Source of the DNA: an uncultured delta proteobacterium
GTDB taxonomy: Bacteria; Desulfobacterota; Desulfobacteria; Desulfobacterales; B30-G6
Length of the DNA stretch: 64,000 bases
Assembly (NCBI GenBank): GCA_963701385.1
Contig: CAVOZW010000007.1
Span: 32,385-96,384, forward strand
Reading direction: 5' to 3'
The notes beneath the pieces are model-generated. The model did not search any database, was not told the DNA's origin, and saw only the letters and a program-made list of their open reading frames with translations. The position numbers and the translations under genes were made by a program. Of this stretch, positions 18,283 through 26,777 are shown piece after piece; within the stretch, counting starts at the first letter, position 1; each line of letters starts with the position of its first letter.

Positions 18283-18891
18283 ATGGAAAAAATCGATTTT
18301 AAAAAAGAGTTGAAGGGTTTGTACCGGCCTTCAGCAAAAAAGGTTGTTCAAGTCGATGTACCAATCATGAATTACCTGATGGTAGATGGCGAAGGGGACC
18401 CCAACACGTCAAAGGCATTTTCAGATGCAGTAGAGGCGTTGTTTGCTGTTTCATATACTATAAAGTTTATGGTCAAGAAGGGCCCTTTGGAAATTGATTA
18501 TGGCGTCATGCCACTGGAAGGGTTATGGTGGGCAGACGATATGTCCGAATTTTTGATCGAAGATAAGTCCAATTGGAAATGGACTCTCATGATTATGCAG
18601 CCGGATCTTGTTACGAAAGAAATGATCGACATGGCAATTTCAACTGTTAGAAAGAAGAAAAACCCTGTTGCGCTCAAAAAGATGCGTTTCGAGGCTTTGA
18701 CAGAGGGAAAATCTGCTCAAATTCTTCACCTAGGCCCGTTTTCAGAAGAGGGACCGACGGTTGAGAAAGTACATCAATTTATCGAATCCATTGGCAAGCG
18801 CGTAGGAAAGCATCACGAAATCTACTTGAGTGATATCCGAAAAGCCGCTCCAGCAAAATGGAAAACTGTTATCAGGCAGCCAATGCAATGA
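18283..18891 (+). CDS. GyrI-like small-molecule-binding domain protein
   Basis: MEKIDFKKELKGLYRPSAKKVVQVDVPIMNYLMVDGEGDPN...LEGLWW...HEIYLSD matches the GyrI-like/effector-binding family pattern. ATG 18283 is preceded by AAAGGGG. Confidence 0.75.
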   Translation: MEKIDFKKELKGLYRPSAKKVVQVDVPIMNYLMVDGEGDPNTSKAFSDAVEALFAVSYTIKFMVKKGPLEIDYGVMPLEGLWWADDMSEFLIEDKSNWKWTLMIMQPDLVTKEMIDMAISTVRKKKNPVALKKMRFEALTEGKSAQILHLGPFSEEGPTVEKVHQFIESIGKRVGKHHEIYLSDIRKAAPAKWKTVIRQPMQ

Positions 18892-19171
18892 AGGTTAGTT
18901 TCTTGCTTAACGAACCGAAATGTATTTGACAATATCACTTTAGTAATTAAAATCTTATCGAGTGTCCGTCCGGAAATGAGGATTTTCGTGTTTTGCCAAG
19001 ACTGAAATCATATTTAGCCCGCAGGGATAGGGTGCTGTTTTGAGGCCTTAAATCATGCCTCCCAACACCGGCAGGGCGCGAAAAGACCATTTGTGGAGGG
19101 GTACGAAATGGTCGTACACCAACTCAAGAAGTGAAAAATACTATTTCGAACTGCATAAACAGGAGGCAATT

Positions 19172-19357
19172 ATGAGCAAAAATGACATGCCACATGAGGG
19201 ACATGAAAAACATCTGTGTTATCTGCACGGTGAAGGACTCTTAAAAGATAATATGGGTGAGTGGAAAAAATTAGTATCAAATGGGCAACATGTTTGTGGT
19301 GGTTGTGGTCGCGTAGCAAACAGCTCTGAAAATCTTTGTGATCCTCAAAAGCTTTAA
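19172..19357 (+). CDS. small Cys/His-rich protein (61 aa), putative metal-binding
   Basis: A perfect SD (AGGAGG) sits 5 nt before ATG 19172: MSKNDMPHEGHEKHLCYLHGEG...HVCGGCGRVANSSENLCDPQKL. The track ORF 19055-19357 carries a non-credible N-terminal extension. Confidence 0.5.
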   Translation: MSKNDMPHEGHEKHLCYLHGEGLLKDNMGEWKKLVSNGQHVCGGCGRVANSSENLCDPQKL

Positions 19358-19653
19358 TATCAATACACGAAAGCGGTATTTTGGCACCCGTATAATGTGA
19401 TATTGGCAATGCCAAATGTTTTGTGATAGTTTACGGAATCGGCTCATTTGTTACTCCTTGGCAAAAGTTGTGGGGACAACTCACGCCTTGGTTGTAACAG
19501 ATGAGTCGTTCAGATGGCAAAGCCACTGAACTCTGACCTGGCCCAAAGGGCCAGGATTTCTACGCTAGACGAAAGTCTAACCCGAGTCGAATTCATTTCT
19601 ATGGCCATCATCACCGATCGATTGCTTCCTGATCCCGAAATTCCGGAAACACG

Positions 19654-20481
19654 TTGATGTCAAAGCGAAATGCGTTTCTTCTCATGGTCCTGGTCACGCT
19701 GCTCTGGAGTACCAATGGATTGCTGATCAAGCTAGTGTCCTGGTCGCCCATGTCAATCTCCGGGTTACGCAGCCTGTTTGCTGCCGCAGTATTGCTGCCT
19801 TTCCTGGGTAAGCCGCGCCATTTGGCGTCATTCGACACGCTGGTGGGCAGTTTAGGATTTGCAGGGGCACTGATCACTTTTGTCATCGCCACCAAGTTGA
19901 CAACAGCTGCCAACGCCATTTTTTTGCAACTGACGGCGCCCGTATATGTAGCCCTGCTGTCGGGATGGATCCTCGGGGAACGTATCAGGGTTTTGGACTG
20001 GGTTATCACCGGCATCATTATTTCGGGAATGCTGCTCTTTTTTGGCGACAAACTCACAGTTGACGGTTTCTGGGGAAATATATGCGCCATTATCAGTGCC
20101 ATGTGCTGGGCTATTTTTGTTCTTTTCTCACGCAGGCAGAAAGACGATGCACCGCTCAAGATTCCAATTCTGGGCCACATCATCTGCACCCTTTTGGGCC
20201 TACCCTTTATCATCACTGCCGGACCACCTGAATCGGGATGGTTCTGGATCGTTCCTATGGGTTTTATCGGGGCCGGTCTGTCATTCGTTCTCTACACGGC
20301 TGTCATCAAGCGCCTGAAAGCGATCGAGGCTATCATCACCCAGACGATCGAACCCATTTTCAATCCAGTTTGGGTATTTCTGGTAATTGGCGAAGCCCCG
20401 GGGCCTTGGGCACTGCTGGGAGGGGTAGTTGTCCTTTCGTCCGTTACCTTGCATGCGGTCTTACGACAGCAAACAGATTAG
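19654..20481 (+). CDS. EamA/DMT-family transporter
   Basis: 275 aa, ~10 helices, with two EamA-like halves (LLWSTNGLLIKLV... and ...FVLYTAVIKRLKA). Confidence 0.8.
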   Translation: MMSKRNAFLLMVLVTLLWSTNGLLIKLVSWSPMSISGLRSLFAAAVLLPFLGKPRHLASFDTLVGSLGFAGALITFVIATKLTTAANAIFLQLTAPVYVALLSGWILGERIRVLDWVITGIIISGMLLFFGDKLTVDGFWGNICAIISAMCWAIFVLFSRRQKDDAPLKIPILGHIICTLLGLPFIITAGPPESGWFWIVPMGFIGAGLSFVLYTAVIKRLKAIEAIITQTIEPIFNPVWVFLVIGEAPGPWALLGGVVVLSSVTLHAVLRQQTD

Positions 20482-20517
20482 AACCCGGCTGTTTAACGAA
20501 ATGGGCTGACATATAAT

Positions 20518-22950
20518 TTAATTTTTCGTATTTGGATCCACCAGCGGTAGTTTTGCGACCTTGGCTTTTACGCGCTGGTCCATCACCTGAACCTCCAGTT
20601 CGCGACCGTCATTGGCCAGTTCAAGGGGCAGGTATACCAGGCCGATATCCTTGCCGATGGTGTATCCGTAGCTGCCCGAACGGATGCGGTCGATGACTTT
20701 GCCGCCGGCATATACGGATTCACCGCCATAGAGATTGCCGCCGGCCTCCATGGTAAGTGCTACCAGCGTGGAACCCATTCCCTGCTTTTGTATTTTTTCC
20801 AGAGCCTCTTTGCCGATAAAATCGAATTTGCGCATATGCACGAACTTTCCTAAACCGGCTTTAAGGGGATTATCCCGCGGGGTAATATCACCACTCCAGT
20901 ACAAATAACCCTTTTCTATCCGTAAGGCATCCAGAGCCTTGTAACCGGCCGGTTGAATGCCATGCTCTTTGCCGGCTGTCATAAGCGCATCCCAGACCGT
21001 CAAGGCATCCTCCGGTTGAACGTACAGTTCCCAGCCAAGCTCACCAACATAGCTTACCCGCTGAGCCCATAGGCTGACATTTTCTATCTTGACAGCTTGG
21101 GCCGTCATGTAGGGAAAGGCTTCGTTTGACAGGTCACTGTCGCATACGGATCCAAATACCTTACGGGACGCTGGGCCCCATAACCCTAAACAACTCAGGC
21201 GTTCGGTCTCATCTTCAATCACAACCGACCCATCGCCCGGCATGTGCAGCTGGATCCATCCGAAATCGTTGGACACGAAAGAGGTTCCGGAAATGATCCT
21301 GAATTCATCCTCTTTCAGGCGCGTGACAGTCACATCGCTTTCAATTCCGCCTTTTGGATTGAGAAACTGGGTATAGGTTACCCTGCCCACAGGCGAGTCG
21401 ATATCATTGGCGGCCAGTTCCTGAAGAAGGCCCAGGGCCCCGGAACCGCGCACTCGAATCTTGCCGAAAGAGGTCATGTCGAAGAGCGCCACCCGCTCAC
21501 GGGCGGCTTTTACTTCACTGCCCACCAGATCAAAGAAAGGCGGTCGCTCCCAACCCCAGTTTTTCTGATCGGCACCCGCCTGTCTCCAGGGTTTTGCGGC
21601 ATCAAAGTAATTTGCCCGTTCCCAGCCGTTTTTTAGCCCGAAGACGGCACCCAGGCCTTTTAATCGGTCATAAAGGGGGCTGGTGCGTAAGGGTCGTCCC
21701 CACTCGTTTTCATCGTTGGGATAACGCAGGTGATAATAGTACCGGATCACTTCACGGCATTGTTCAACACGGAAGGTTTTGTCTTTCAGGTGTGGCCCGA
21801 AGCGCCGGATGTTCATTTCATGGGTATCGATGGAAGTCTCGCCTTCCAGAATCCACTCCGCCATCAGCATGCCCACGCCGCCACCGCCGGCAATACCGTT
21901 ATCGGAACCGCCGGCCGCAACATAGAATCCCTTGAGGCCGGGAACCGGACCCATGGCATAATAGCCGTCCGGTGTGAACGCATCAGGACCGTTGATAAGC
22001 TCGATTACCTGGGCTTGATTCAGGATGGGAATCCGCTTCATGGCGCCTTCCATGATGCCCTCAAACAACTCCCACTCGCCAGGCAGCAACGTCTGGGTAA
22101 AGCCCCATGGAACACCGTCTGTAGACCATGGTTTGGGATTGGTTTCAAATCCGCCCACCAGATAGGAACCGACATCCTCCCGACAGTAGAAAAGTCTGTC
22201 CGGATCTCTGATAACCGGCGTTTGTCTCGGCAATTCATGCCCTTCGATGGGTTTGGTGGTCAGGTACTGGTTCATCATAGAAACGATGGGGATGTGAACA
22301 CCCACCATTTCTCCGATGCGTGGCGCCCACTGGCCGGCGGCATTGACCACGCATTCGGTCTTGATGCTGCCGTGATCGGTTACGACTTCCTTAACCTCCC
22401 TGTTTCCTGAAAGCTTAATACCGGTGACAAGCACGTTGGTATGGATGTCAACACCCATTTTTCTGGCCAATCTCGCAAACTCGTATGTAATCCCGCTGGG
22501 GTCGATGTGCCCATCGTCCGGCACGTAAACAGCGCCGTAAAGACTCTCATCGCTCAGCTGGGGGCAACGTTCCATGACTTCTTTGGGCGATATGATATCG
22601 GCGGTCAGCCCGATGGCTTTGGCCCGACTTACCTCCCTTTGCAAGGCCTTCAAACGGTCTTTGGTACTGGCCAGCCGCAAGCTTCCCACCGTGTGCCAGC
22701 CCAGGGAATCACCGCCCTCCCCTTTGGCCAACTCATTGTAAAGATTGATGGTATAATTCATGACCTTCATGAGCGCCGGTGAGGTACGAAACTGGGAAAC
22801 CAGACCGACCGAATGAAAGGTCGTGCCGCTGGTAAGTTCACCTTTTTCCAGCAGAACGACATCGGTACAGCCCGCCTTGGCAAGATGGTAGGCCACGCTG
22901 GTTCCGAAAATGCCGCCACCGATAATGACGACCCGGGCTTGATTTCGCAT
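20518..22950 (-). CDS. dimethylglycine/sarcosine-dehydrogenase-like enzyme: FAD oxidoreductase (DAO) fused to GcvT folate-binding aminomethyltransferase domain
   Basis: N-terminal dinucleotide fold VVIIGGGIFGTSVAYHLAKAG. 810 aa. The C-terminal half has the GcvT-like pattern (FDMTSFGKIRVRG...YVGELGWELY...RIEKGY). Confidence 0.85.
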   Translation of the reverse strand: MRNQARVVIIGGGIFGTSVAYHLAKAGCTDVVLLEKGELTSGTTFHSVGLVSQFRTSPALMKVMNYTINLYNELAKGEGGDSLGWHTVGSLRLASTKDRLKALQREVSRAKAIGLTADIISPKEVMERCPQLSDESLYGAVYVPDDGHIDPSGITYEFARLARKMGVDIHTNVLVTGIKLSGNREVKEVVTDHGSIKTECVVNAAGQWAPRIGEMVGVHIPIVSMMNQYLTTKPIEGHELPRQTPVIRDPDRLFYCREDVGSYLVGGFETNPKPWSTDGVPWGFTQTLLPGEWELFEGIMEGAMKRIPILNQAQVIELINGPDAFTPDGYYAMGPVPGLKGFYVAAGGSDNGIAGGGGVGMLMAEWILEGETSIDTHEMNIRRFGPHLKDKTFRVEQCREVIRYYYHLRYPNDENEWGRPLRTSPLYDRLKGLGAVFGLKNGWERANYFDAAKPWRQAGADQKNWGWERPPFFDLVGSEVKAARERVALFDMTSFGKIRVRGSGALGLLQELAANDIDSPVGRVTYTQFLNPKGGIESDVTVTRLKEDEFRIISGTSFVSNDFGWIQLHMPGDGSVVIEDETERLSCLGLWGPASRKVFGSVCDSDLSNEAFPYMTAQAVKIENVSLWAQRVSYVGELGWELYVQPEDALTVWDALMTAGKEHGIQPAGYKALDALRIEKGYLYWSGDITPRDNPLKAGLGKFVHMRKFDFIGKEALEKIQKQGMGSTLVALTMEAGGNLYGGESVYAGGKVIDRIRSGSYGYTIGKDIGLVYLPLELANDGRELEVQVMDQRVKAKVAKLPLVDPNTKN

Positions 22951-23092
22951 GCTTTCTCTCCTCTGATTTCAATAGGCTGTTTAATGTATCGACAAATATA
23001 ACTTGTACATATAAAAGGTTTGAGATTATACGTAGGTTTGTTCGCCTTAAAATTTACACTTTTTACTGCTAATCAATTGCGGGTTATGCTGC

Positions 23093-23998
23093 ATGAATCT
23101 CAACCAGTTAAAAATTTTTTACATGGCCGCCAAACGAGGAAACCTGAGCAAGGCTGCGGAAGACCTCTTCATTACCCAGCCGGCGGTTACCAAGGGCATT
23201 CAACGAATTCAGGAGCACTACGATATCCGGCTGATGGATCGTTTCGGGAAAAAAATGGTATTGACCCACGCGGGAGAGGTCCTTTTCAATATTGCCGAAA
23301 AAATTTTCGAGCTGGAAAAACATGCCGAAGAAAGCATCCGCGAGTTCAAGCAGCGAAAAAAAGGACGCATTCGCATTCAAGCCAGTGAAAGTTTCGGCGC
23401 CTATTACCTGCCCTCCATTATGAATCCCTTTAGCAAGGCCCATCCATTGATACGTATTTCGGTGAATATCCTCCCCAGCGAGCATGTGGTCAACAATATT
23501 GCCGATTTAGAATGCGATATCGGATTTGTCTCCTATCCCATCGAGCATGACAAGGTATTTATCCGTGAGATACTCGAAGACCAGCTTGTCTTCATTTTAC
23601 CTCCGGATCATCCCATCTGCCGACGCAAACACTTTAAACCCAAGGATCTGGAAGGCAACCCGATGATCGTTCATGAAAAAAAATCGACGCCGCATCAGGT
23701 TTTCCATGAGTTTATCGAGAAAAATGAAATAGCCGTCACCTCGTCCTTAGAACTCTCGAGCAATCGGGCCATAAAACTGGCCGTTGAAAGCGGCCTGGGT
23801 ATTGCCCTGATCAGCCGGAAAGTTGCCGATGAAGAAATCCAAGCCGGTAAATTGATAGCTATCCCGGTTCCGGACCTGTCCATAAAAAGAAAATTTTACC
23901 TGGTTCATCACAAGGAAAAATTTATTTCGAATACCCTGCAACGCTTTATCGATCAGGTTGATCGATGGGCCGACGAATATGCAAGGCAGCTATCCTAA
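23093..23998 (+). CDS. LysR-family transcriptional regulator
   Basis: HTH MNLNQLKIFYMAAKRGNLSKAAEDLFITQPAVTKGIQRIQ. 301 aa. Divergent from the DMGDH-like gene, the classic LysR layout. Confidence 0.9.
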   Translation: MNLNQLKIFYMAAKRGNLSKAAEDLFITQPAVTKGIQRIQEHYDIRLMDRFGKKMVLTHAGEVLFNIAEKIFELEKHAEESIREFKQRKKGRIRIQASESFGAYYLPSIMNPFSKAHPLIRISVNILPSEHVVNNIADLECDIGFVSYPIEHDKVFIREILEDQLVFILPPDHPICRRKHFKPKDLEGNPMIVHEKKSTPHQVFHEFIEKNEIAVTSSLELSSNRAIKLAVESGLGIALISRKVADEEIQAGKLIAIPVPDLSIKRKFYLVHHKEKFISNTLQRFIDQVDRWADEYARQLS

Positions 23999-24333
23999 CG
24001 AGTTAATATCTTTTTGCCGGGGAAGGCACTTGAGATCAGATCGGCCGCTTTTTTTTTGTCACAGGTTCCAAACTCATCACTGCTCCCATACACAATGATG
24101 GTACCGCCTTCGTCAAACCGAACCCACGCGCCACCGGCCGGCACCAGCATCGAATTTTCGAATCCCAGGTCTTGAATTTCCTTGTTCGTGTTCTTTAGAA
24201 TTTCACGATGCCATTCATCGCCTGAACGAAGGCATACAAAGCCGTTGGCCTTCCCGCCCACAATACGGATCAACAGTATCTTTCCGCGATATCCTTCCCG
24301 AAAATCAACGGGGGCAATCAAATGCTGTGACAT
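23995..24333 (-). CDS. hypothetical protein (112 aa)
   Basis: Intact ORF co-oriented with the HAD/ALDH genes (MSQHLIAPVDFREGYRGKILLIRIVGGKANGFVCLRSGDEWH...). Weak SD and no recognised motif. Confidence 0.45.
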   Translation of the reverse strand: MSQHLIAPVDFREGYRGKILLIRIVGGKANGFVCLRSGDEWHREILKNTNKEIQDLGFENSMLVPAGGAWVRFDEGGTIIVYGSSDEFGTCDKKKAADLISSAFPGKKILTR

Positions 24334-24454
24334 GCGTCCACACTTTCAAACCATTTTAAAAACCTGATAAGAAATTCTGTCAAATGTCTTTTGGCTCGCT
24401 GTAGCGGCTTAAATCTCCCGGTATTAAGAATAGCCGCTTTGGGTCCGATGGGTG

Positions 24455-25171
24455 TCACCCCAACAGCTCTAAAAGATCAATCAGCTGATCGAGTCGTGTG
24501 ATGATGGGAGAATCGGTGTCAACATCCGGCCAGTTCCGTTTTACCGAATGATGCTTGAGCCACACTGGCTGGATCCCTGCATTTTTCGCCCCGCAAATAT
24601 CTATCCGCCAGTCGTCGCCCACGAAAACGGCCTCGGGTGGAAAAACATTCAATTGTTCCAAACACAATCGAAAAGGTTCGACTTCGGGTTTCGGTGCTAT
24701 CCCCGATGCGCCTGCAACAACAATGACCTGAAAAAACCTTTCGAGTTTGGGAAACAGGGACAGACGATGATTGCCCGAGCTTTTCTGCCCCTGGGTGTTG
24801 GTAACGAGGGCCAATCGATACTTGTGTGAGAGATTTTCCAGTACTTGCATGGTTTCCGGGAAGGGATTGGTTCGCGAGCCAACCCCTTCCCAGTATTCAT
24901 TTTCCCACGTTTCAAAGCGTTCTGGATCCGGTTTGTGGTTTAACGCCTCATAGACTGCCTGCCATATGGCCTGTCTTGAAAAATTTGAATGCCGATGAAA
25001 TTCTTTACGAATCCGACGATATCGATCTAAAAAATCCTCCCAGGACAACTCGCCCGCTCTGGATGCCATATCGGAAAAAAGTCTCTCCTGGGCTTCTTTT
25101 TCAGCTGTACGAAACGCATCGGCCGAGTCGACCAGGGTTTGACCAAAATCAAACAGTACCGCCTTTATCAT
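24455..25171 (-). CDS. HAD-superfamily hydrolase (subfamily IA-like) lacking the D+2 general acid
   Basis: Motif I is VLFDFGQTLVD (D-x-G instead of D-x-D). Motif II LALVTNT. Motif III K in APKPEVEPF. Motif IV FVGDDWRIDICGA. The start abuts the ALDH stop. Confidence 0.85.
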   Translation of the reverse strand: MIKAVLFDFGQTLVDSADAFRTAEKEAQERLFSDMASRAGELSWEDFLDRYRRIRKEFHRHSNFSRQAIWQAVYEALNHKPDPERFETWENEYWEGVGSRTNPFPETMQVLENLSHKYRLALVTNTQGQKSSGNHRLSLFPKLERFFQVIVVAGASGIAPKPEVEPFRLCLEQLNVFPPEAVFVGDDWRIDICGAKNAGIQPVWLKHHSVKRNWPDVDTDSPIITRLDQLIDLLELLG

Positions 25172-26560
25172 TTAATCCTGGCCCCATTTCTCTATGTACC
25201 CCGCGCATAGATCCTCTGCAGACGGGATGTACTCTTCTTTGGGGATGGACAGCAGGGTATAATTGAGAAAGTTTTCCCAGTTGATGTTGCCGCTGAATAT
25301 ATTCCCGGCCCAGGAACCACAGCCCAGCGTATCAGTCGTGGGCAGACCGGTAACCCATCCACCGCTGTTGGCATGGGCGTGTGGCATGTTGCAGACGATC
25401 CGTCCCACATTCGCCCGCAGGGCGAGTTTGACGCGTCGCTCATCGTTTTCCGAATGAATGGAGGTGGAGTGCCCCTCGCCGGAAAACTTGAGAATTTTCT
25501 CCAACCGATCCAGCATCTCATCGAAATCGGTCCATTTCCATACCGTGAGTACCGGTGATATTTTTTCACCAGAAAACCGGTCTTCGGGGCCGATCTTTTC
25601 ACCGACCACCATCAGGAATTTGGTATCCTCAGGAACATTCAAACCCGCTTTTTCTGCAATAAATGTTGCCGGCCTGGCCACGATGTCACGGTTCAAGTGG
25701 CTCCCGTCCGGCCACATATACTTTCTGAGGGTTTCGCGTTCGTCCGTGCTGCACATATAACCACCTTCTGATTTAAGTGCCTCTAGCATGTCGTCGTAAA
25801 TACTTTCATAGAGGGCCACGGCATTTTCAGAAGAACAGGATGCCGAGTTGTTGGCAATCTTTGACAAGCGGATTTTATTGGCCGCAGCAGCCAGGTCGGC
25901 GGTTTCATCGACAATGGAAACGACATTGCCGGCCCCAACGGTCTGTGCCGGCTTGCCGGCAGCATAAACAACCTTGACCAAGGCTGCACCGCCTGTTGCA
26001 ACGGCATAGTCGCAATGGGCCATGACTTCGGCGGTTTTGGCATGACTGGTCTTTTTGATGCACTGCATCAGATCCACGGGTGCGCCGATCTTTTCCAGTG
26101 CTTTGCGAGCATGCTGAACCGTTTCATAAGAGGTCTTCTGGGTTCGCGGGTGAGGAGACACGATCTGAGCATTTCTCGTTTTCAGGGTACTCAGGGACAG
26201 GCAGCAGATGGTGGATTCGGGATTGGTACAGGGTACCACATTGGCAATCACGCCAATGGGCTTGGCGTATTTGCGTATACCGAGGGCTTTATTCTCCTCG
26301 ATGAGTCCACAGGTTTTGGCATTGCGCATGTCATAGAGCGTCCCGAGGGTTTTGTTCTTGATCTTATTTACCTTGTCCTGGGCGTTGCCAATGCCGGATT
26401 CATCCACGGCCATATGACCGAGTTTCACCCGAACATCCTCTTTCATAAACTCCCATGCCACGGCTTCAACCATTTCGTTGACTTTCTCCTGGGGCCAGAA
26501 CTCAACTTCCTTGAAGGCCTTTCGGGCGCGTGAATACATCTCTTGAACATTGTCTTCCAT
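25172..26560 (-). CDS. CoA-acylating aldehyde dehydrogenase of the SucD/SauS/EutE type
   Basis: 462 aa. Catalytic Cys block NNSASCSSENA. C-terminal TTDTLGCGSWAGN and PHPRTQKTS blocks resemble Clostridium SucD-type acylating dehydrogenases. GAGGAG SD. Confidence 0.85.
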   Translation of the reverse strand: MEDNVQEMYSRARKAFKEVEFWPQEKVNEMVEAVAWEFMKEDVRVKLGHMAVDESGIGNAQDKVNKIKNKTLGTLYDMRNAKTCGLIEENKALGIRKYAKPIGVIANVVPCTNPESTICCLSLSTLKTRNAQIVSPHPRTQKTSYETVQHARKALEKIGAPVDLMQCIKKTSHAKTAEVMAHCDYAVATGGAALVKVVYAAGKPAQTVGAGNVVSIVDETADLAAAANKIRLSKIANNSASCSSENAVALYESIYDDMLEALKSEGGYMCSTDERETLRKYMWPDGSHLNRDIVARPATFIAEKAGLNVPEDTKFLMVVGEKIGPEDRFSGEKISPVLTVWKWTDFDEMLDRLEKILKFSGEGHSTSIHSENDERRVKLALRANVGRIVCNMPHAHANSGGWVTGLPTTDTLGCGSWAGNIFSGNINWENFLNYTLLSIPKEEYIPSAEDLCAGYIEKWGQD

Positions 26561-26590
26561 GATTTTTACTCCTCATTTACTAGGCAGGGT

Positions 26591-26630
26591 TATAATTTTT
26601 GGATCTTCTCCCAATTAGATGGGAGAAAGG
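26591..26630 (-). repeat. palindromic upstream element, copy A (TCTCCCA-ATTAGA-TGGGAGA plus an A/T box)
   Basis: Read toward the gene: TCTCCCATCTAATTGGGAGA-AGATCCAAAAATTATAA. The hairpin ends 46 nt before the ALDH start codon (26560). Confidence 0.7.
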
Positions 26631-26777
26631 ATTCAAGGAGTCCAGGATTCAAGTGTTTGTTTTCCAGTGATTTGATCATCGCTTTTAGCATTCTCTCTAC
26701 ATCACCGAGTTCCTCTCTTAATTCCTGAAGCTTTCTCTTCTTCATATAATCCAGATCAACATGACGGCAATCTTGCT

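Noticed and set aside
16678-19653. Genomic island or prophage remnant in the AT-richer block.
   Set aside because: No integrase, transposase, phage genes, tRNA attachment site or flanking direct repeats could be found. It is kept only as a low-interest compositional observation.
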